A DNA stretch of 64,000 nt from Lama glama (lineage: Eukaryota). A program made the position numbers and the translations under genes. Under the pieces are notes generated by a model. It was not told the origin of the DNA. It saw only the letters and a program-made list of their open reading frames with translations, and searched no databases. Location of the stretch: contig CM052817.1 of NCBI GenBank assembly GCA_028534125.1, positions 3,970,001 through 4,034,000 of the forward strand, read 5' to 3'. Each line of letters begins with the position of its first letter. Position 1 is the stretch's first letter. This document shows, piece by piece, positions 62,020 through 64,000 of the stretch.

Positions 62020-63620
62020 AAAAAGATGTTATTCCGTGCAATAAACGGCATCTCCTTTAAGTGTGGAGTCCCATAGTTCTGACAGCTGCGGATGCTCATG
62101 AGACCACCACCAGAATTAAGATCAGAACATTTCCATCACCCCCGCCCAGATTTCCTTGTTCCATTGTGTGTCTGTCCCCTGCTCTGTTCCATGTCCCAGT
62201 GACCACTGATTTGCCTCTTGACAGTGTGTATTAGTTTGCACTTTCCAGAATTTCATGTAAGTGGAGTAATAATAAACGCCTTGCTTCTTCCACGCGGCAT
62301 ATTCATTGTGACATCCATCCTGTTGTTGAACGTATCGATAGTTTGCTCTTGTTCATTATTCCTGAGTAGCATTCCATTACATGGGTCTGTCACAGTTGGT
62401 CCATTTACTTGTTGATGAACAGGTGATAACGGATGGTTTCCAGTTTTGAGCTACTGTGGGCGAAGCTGCTGTGAACACGTCTGTGTGTTCCTGGGCTTCC
62501 ACTGCTCTGGGTAAGGAGAATGGCTGCGACATGGGGTAGGCGTATGCTTAACTCGTAGGACGCTGCTAAGCTGTTTCCCAAAGGGAGGGTGTGGTTGTGT
62601 GTTCCCGCTGGCAATGAAGGAGATTTCTGGTTGCACCACATCTTCACCAACTCGAGTATTATCAGTCTTAAATTTGAGCCTTTCTGAGGGGTACAGCCTG
62701 GGGTCTCACTCTGATTTTAACTTGCATTTCCCTGGTAACTAATGACATTGAGCATCTTTTCATGTGTTTATTGGTCATTCATATATTTTGCTTTGAGAAG
62801 TGTCTGTTCAGTCTTTTGCCTGTTTTTTTTGTTGTTGTTGTTGTTGTTGGGGGCAGGTAATTAGGTTTATGTATTTGTTTTAATGGAGGTAGTGGGAACT
62901 GAACCCAGGACCTCATGCATGCTAGGCAAGCGCTCTGCCACTGAGCTATATCCTCCCCACCGTTTTACCTGTTTTTAACTAGGTGGTTTGTGTTCTTACT
63001 ATTGAGTTATATGAGGACCACATACATTCTGGATACGAGCGATTTTTCAGATGTGCGGATTTGCGAATATTTTCTGTCATTCCATGCCTTGCCTTTTTGT
63101 TTTTATAATGGTTTCTTTCAATGAGCAAAAGTTTTAAATTTTTATAAAGTCCAGTTTTTGCATTTTTTTCCTTTTGTTGTCCATGTTTTTTATGTCTTGT
63201 CTAAGAAATCAAAGTTGCAAAGATTTTCTTCTGGAAGTTTTTTTAGTTTTAGCTTTTATATTTAGGTCTCACTTCAACATTTATATTTTGATGCATTTCA
63301 ACATAATTTTATATATGGCATAAGGTAAGGGTAGATGTTTATTTTTTCCCATGCATTTATTTATTTACTGGAAAGACCATCTTTTCCTCATTGAATTGCC
63401 TGAGTCCTTTTAACAGAAACCGATTGACCATGGATTTGAGGGTCTATTTCTGGATTCTCTGTTTGTTATATTGATCTTTGTGTCTGTCTTTTTATCAATA
63501 CCACACTGGCTTGATTGCTCTGGATTTATAGTAAGTCTTTAAATCAGATTGGCTAAGTCCTCCAACTTTGTTTTTTTGTTTTGTTTTGTTTTTTGTAAAA
63601 TTGTTTTGGCTATTCTATGT
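62020..63620 (-). mobile_element. Old LINE-1 (L1MB/MC-like) fragment, antisense, containing a nested SINE
   Basis: cagaacatttccatcaccccc ... tttaacttgcatttccctggtaactaatgacattgagcatcttttcatgtgtttattgg ... tagtaagtctttaaatcag. Confidence 0.85.
62823..62958 (-). mobile_element. tRNA-derived SINE (camelid Vic-1-like) with (GTT)n tail, inserted into the L1
   Basis: Minus strand GGGGAGGATATAGCTCAGTGGCAGAGCGCTTGCCTAGCATGCATGAGGTCCTGGGTTCAG. Probable TSD ttttgcctgttttt / ttttacctgttttt. Confidence 0.85.
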
Positions 63621-63644
63621 CCTGTTCTAATCCCAACACATGTT

Positions 63645-63790
63645 CACTCATTTAATCCTTATAACCCTCTGAAGCAGATGTGAGTGTGCAACCCATTTTA
63701 CAGATGAGGAAGCTGAGGTTCCAAGGGGAAGAGTGACTTTCCTAGGTAACTTAGAGGCAGAAGTGAGGTTTGAGCCTGGGGCGTCTGGCT
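63645..63790 (-). mobile_element. MIR SINE remnant
   Basis: ctcatttaatccttataaccctctgaag...cccattttacagatgaggaagctgaggtt. Confidence 0.75.
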
Positions 63791-64000
63791 GCAGCTTCCT
63801 GCCCCTAACCACTCGGTGGCACTGCCCTCTCTTTCGGGGTCTGCCCAGTCCCTGTGCAGACCTCCCCCTGCACCTGTGAGGCTGCAAAGAGTTTATCAGT
63901 TTCCTTGTCCATCTTCCTCTAAGCCGTGGACTCCACGAAGTCAGAGACTTCCTGGATACCCATTGCTGTGGCCCAGCCCCAGGCTCCTGTGCAGGGAAGA

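Larger units (their letters stand above)
2939..64000 (+). other. PPP2R2C: Intron 1 of PPP2R2C, running past the window end
   Basis: GT donor at 2939. By eye I found no exon encoding the expected continuation ([23 protein letters not shown]...). The sequence is repeat-rich and non-coding. Confidence 0.8.

Noticed and set aside
1..64000. CRISPR array, prokaryotic operon or defence-type system
   Set aside because: Sequence is mammalian and mostly intronic; no repeat-spacer arrays or gene-dense coding regions.

Overview
Mammalian genomic DNA, most likely camelid: it carries three tRNA-derived SINEs resembling the camelid Vic-1 type and cetartiodactyl-style L1 3' ends. The window holds the CpG-island promoter and first coding exon of PPP2R2C (PP2A regulatory subunit B55-gamma; + strand, CDS 2869-2938, [23 protein letters not shown], then a GT donor). 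The rest (~61 kb) is intron 1; I could not find the next coding exon. The intron is full of L1, L2, MIR, MaLR/ERVL LTRs and DNA-transposon relics (MER45, Tigger, MER2, MER5, MER33, MER53, MER58, Charlie). Nearly all listed ORFs are spurious or L1 remnants. I found no new protein-coding system. The most interesting signals are regulatory or structural: (1) several upstream ATGs, including an out-of-frame uORF in strong Kozak context that overlaps the weaker-context main ATG; (2) a near-perfect REST/NRSF RE1 site at 32218-32238, lying between the two copies of a recent 278-bp local duplication; (3) a second RE1-like site about 1 kb into intron 1; (4) complementary CGG/CCG tracts in the promoter; (5) a promoter-like motif cluster at ~18.2 kb. 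Repeat family names are from memory of consensus sequences and repeat boundaries are approximate.
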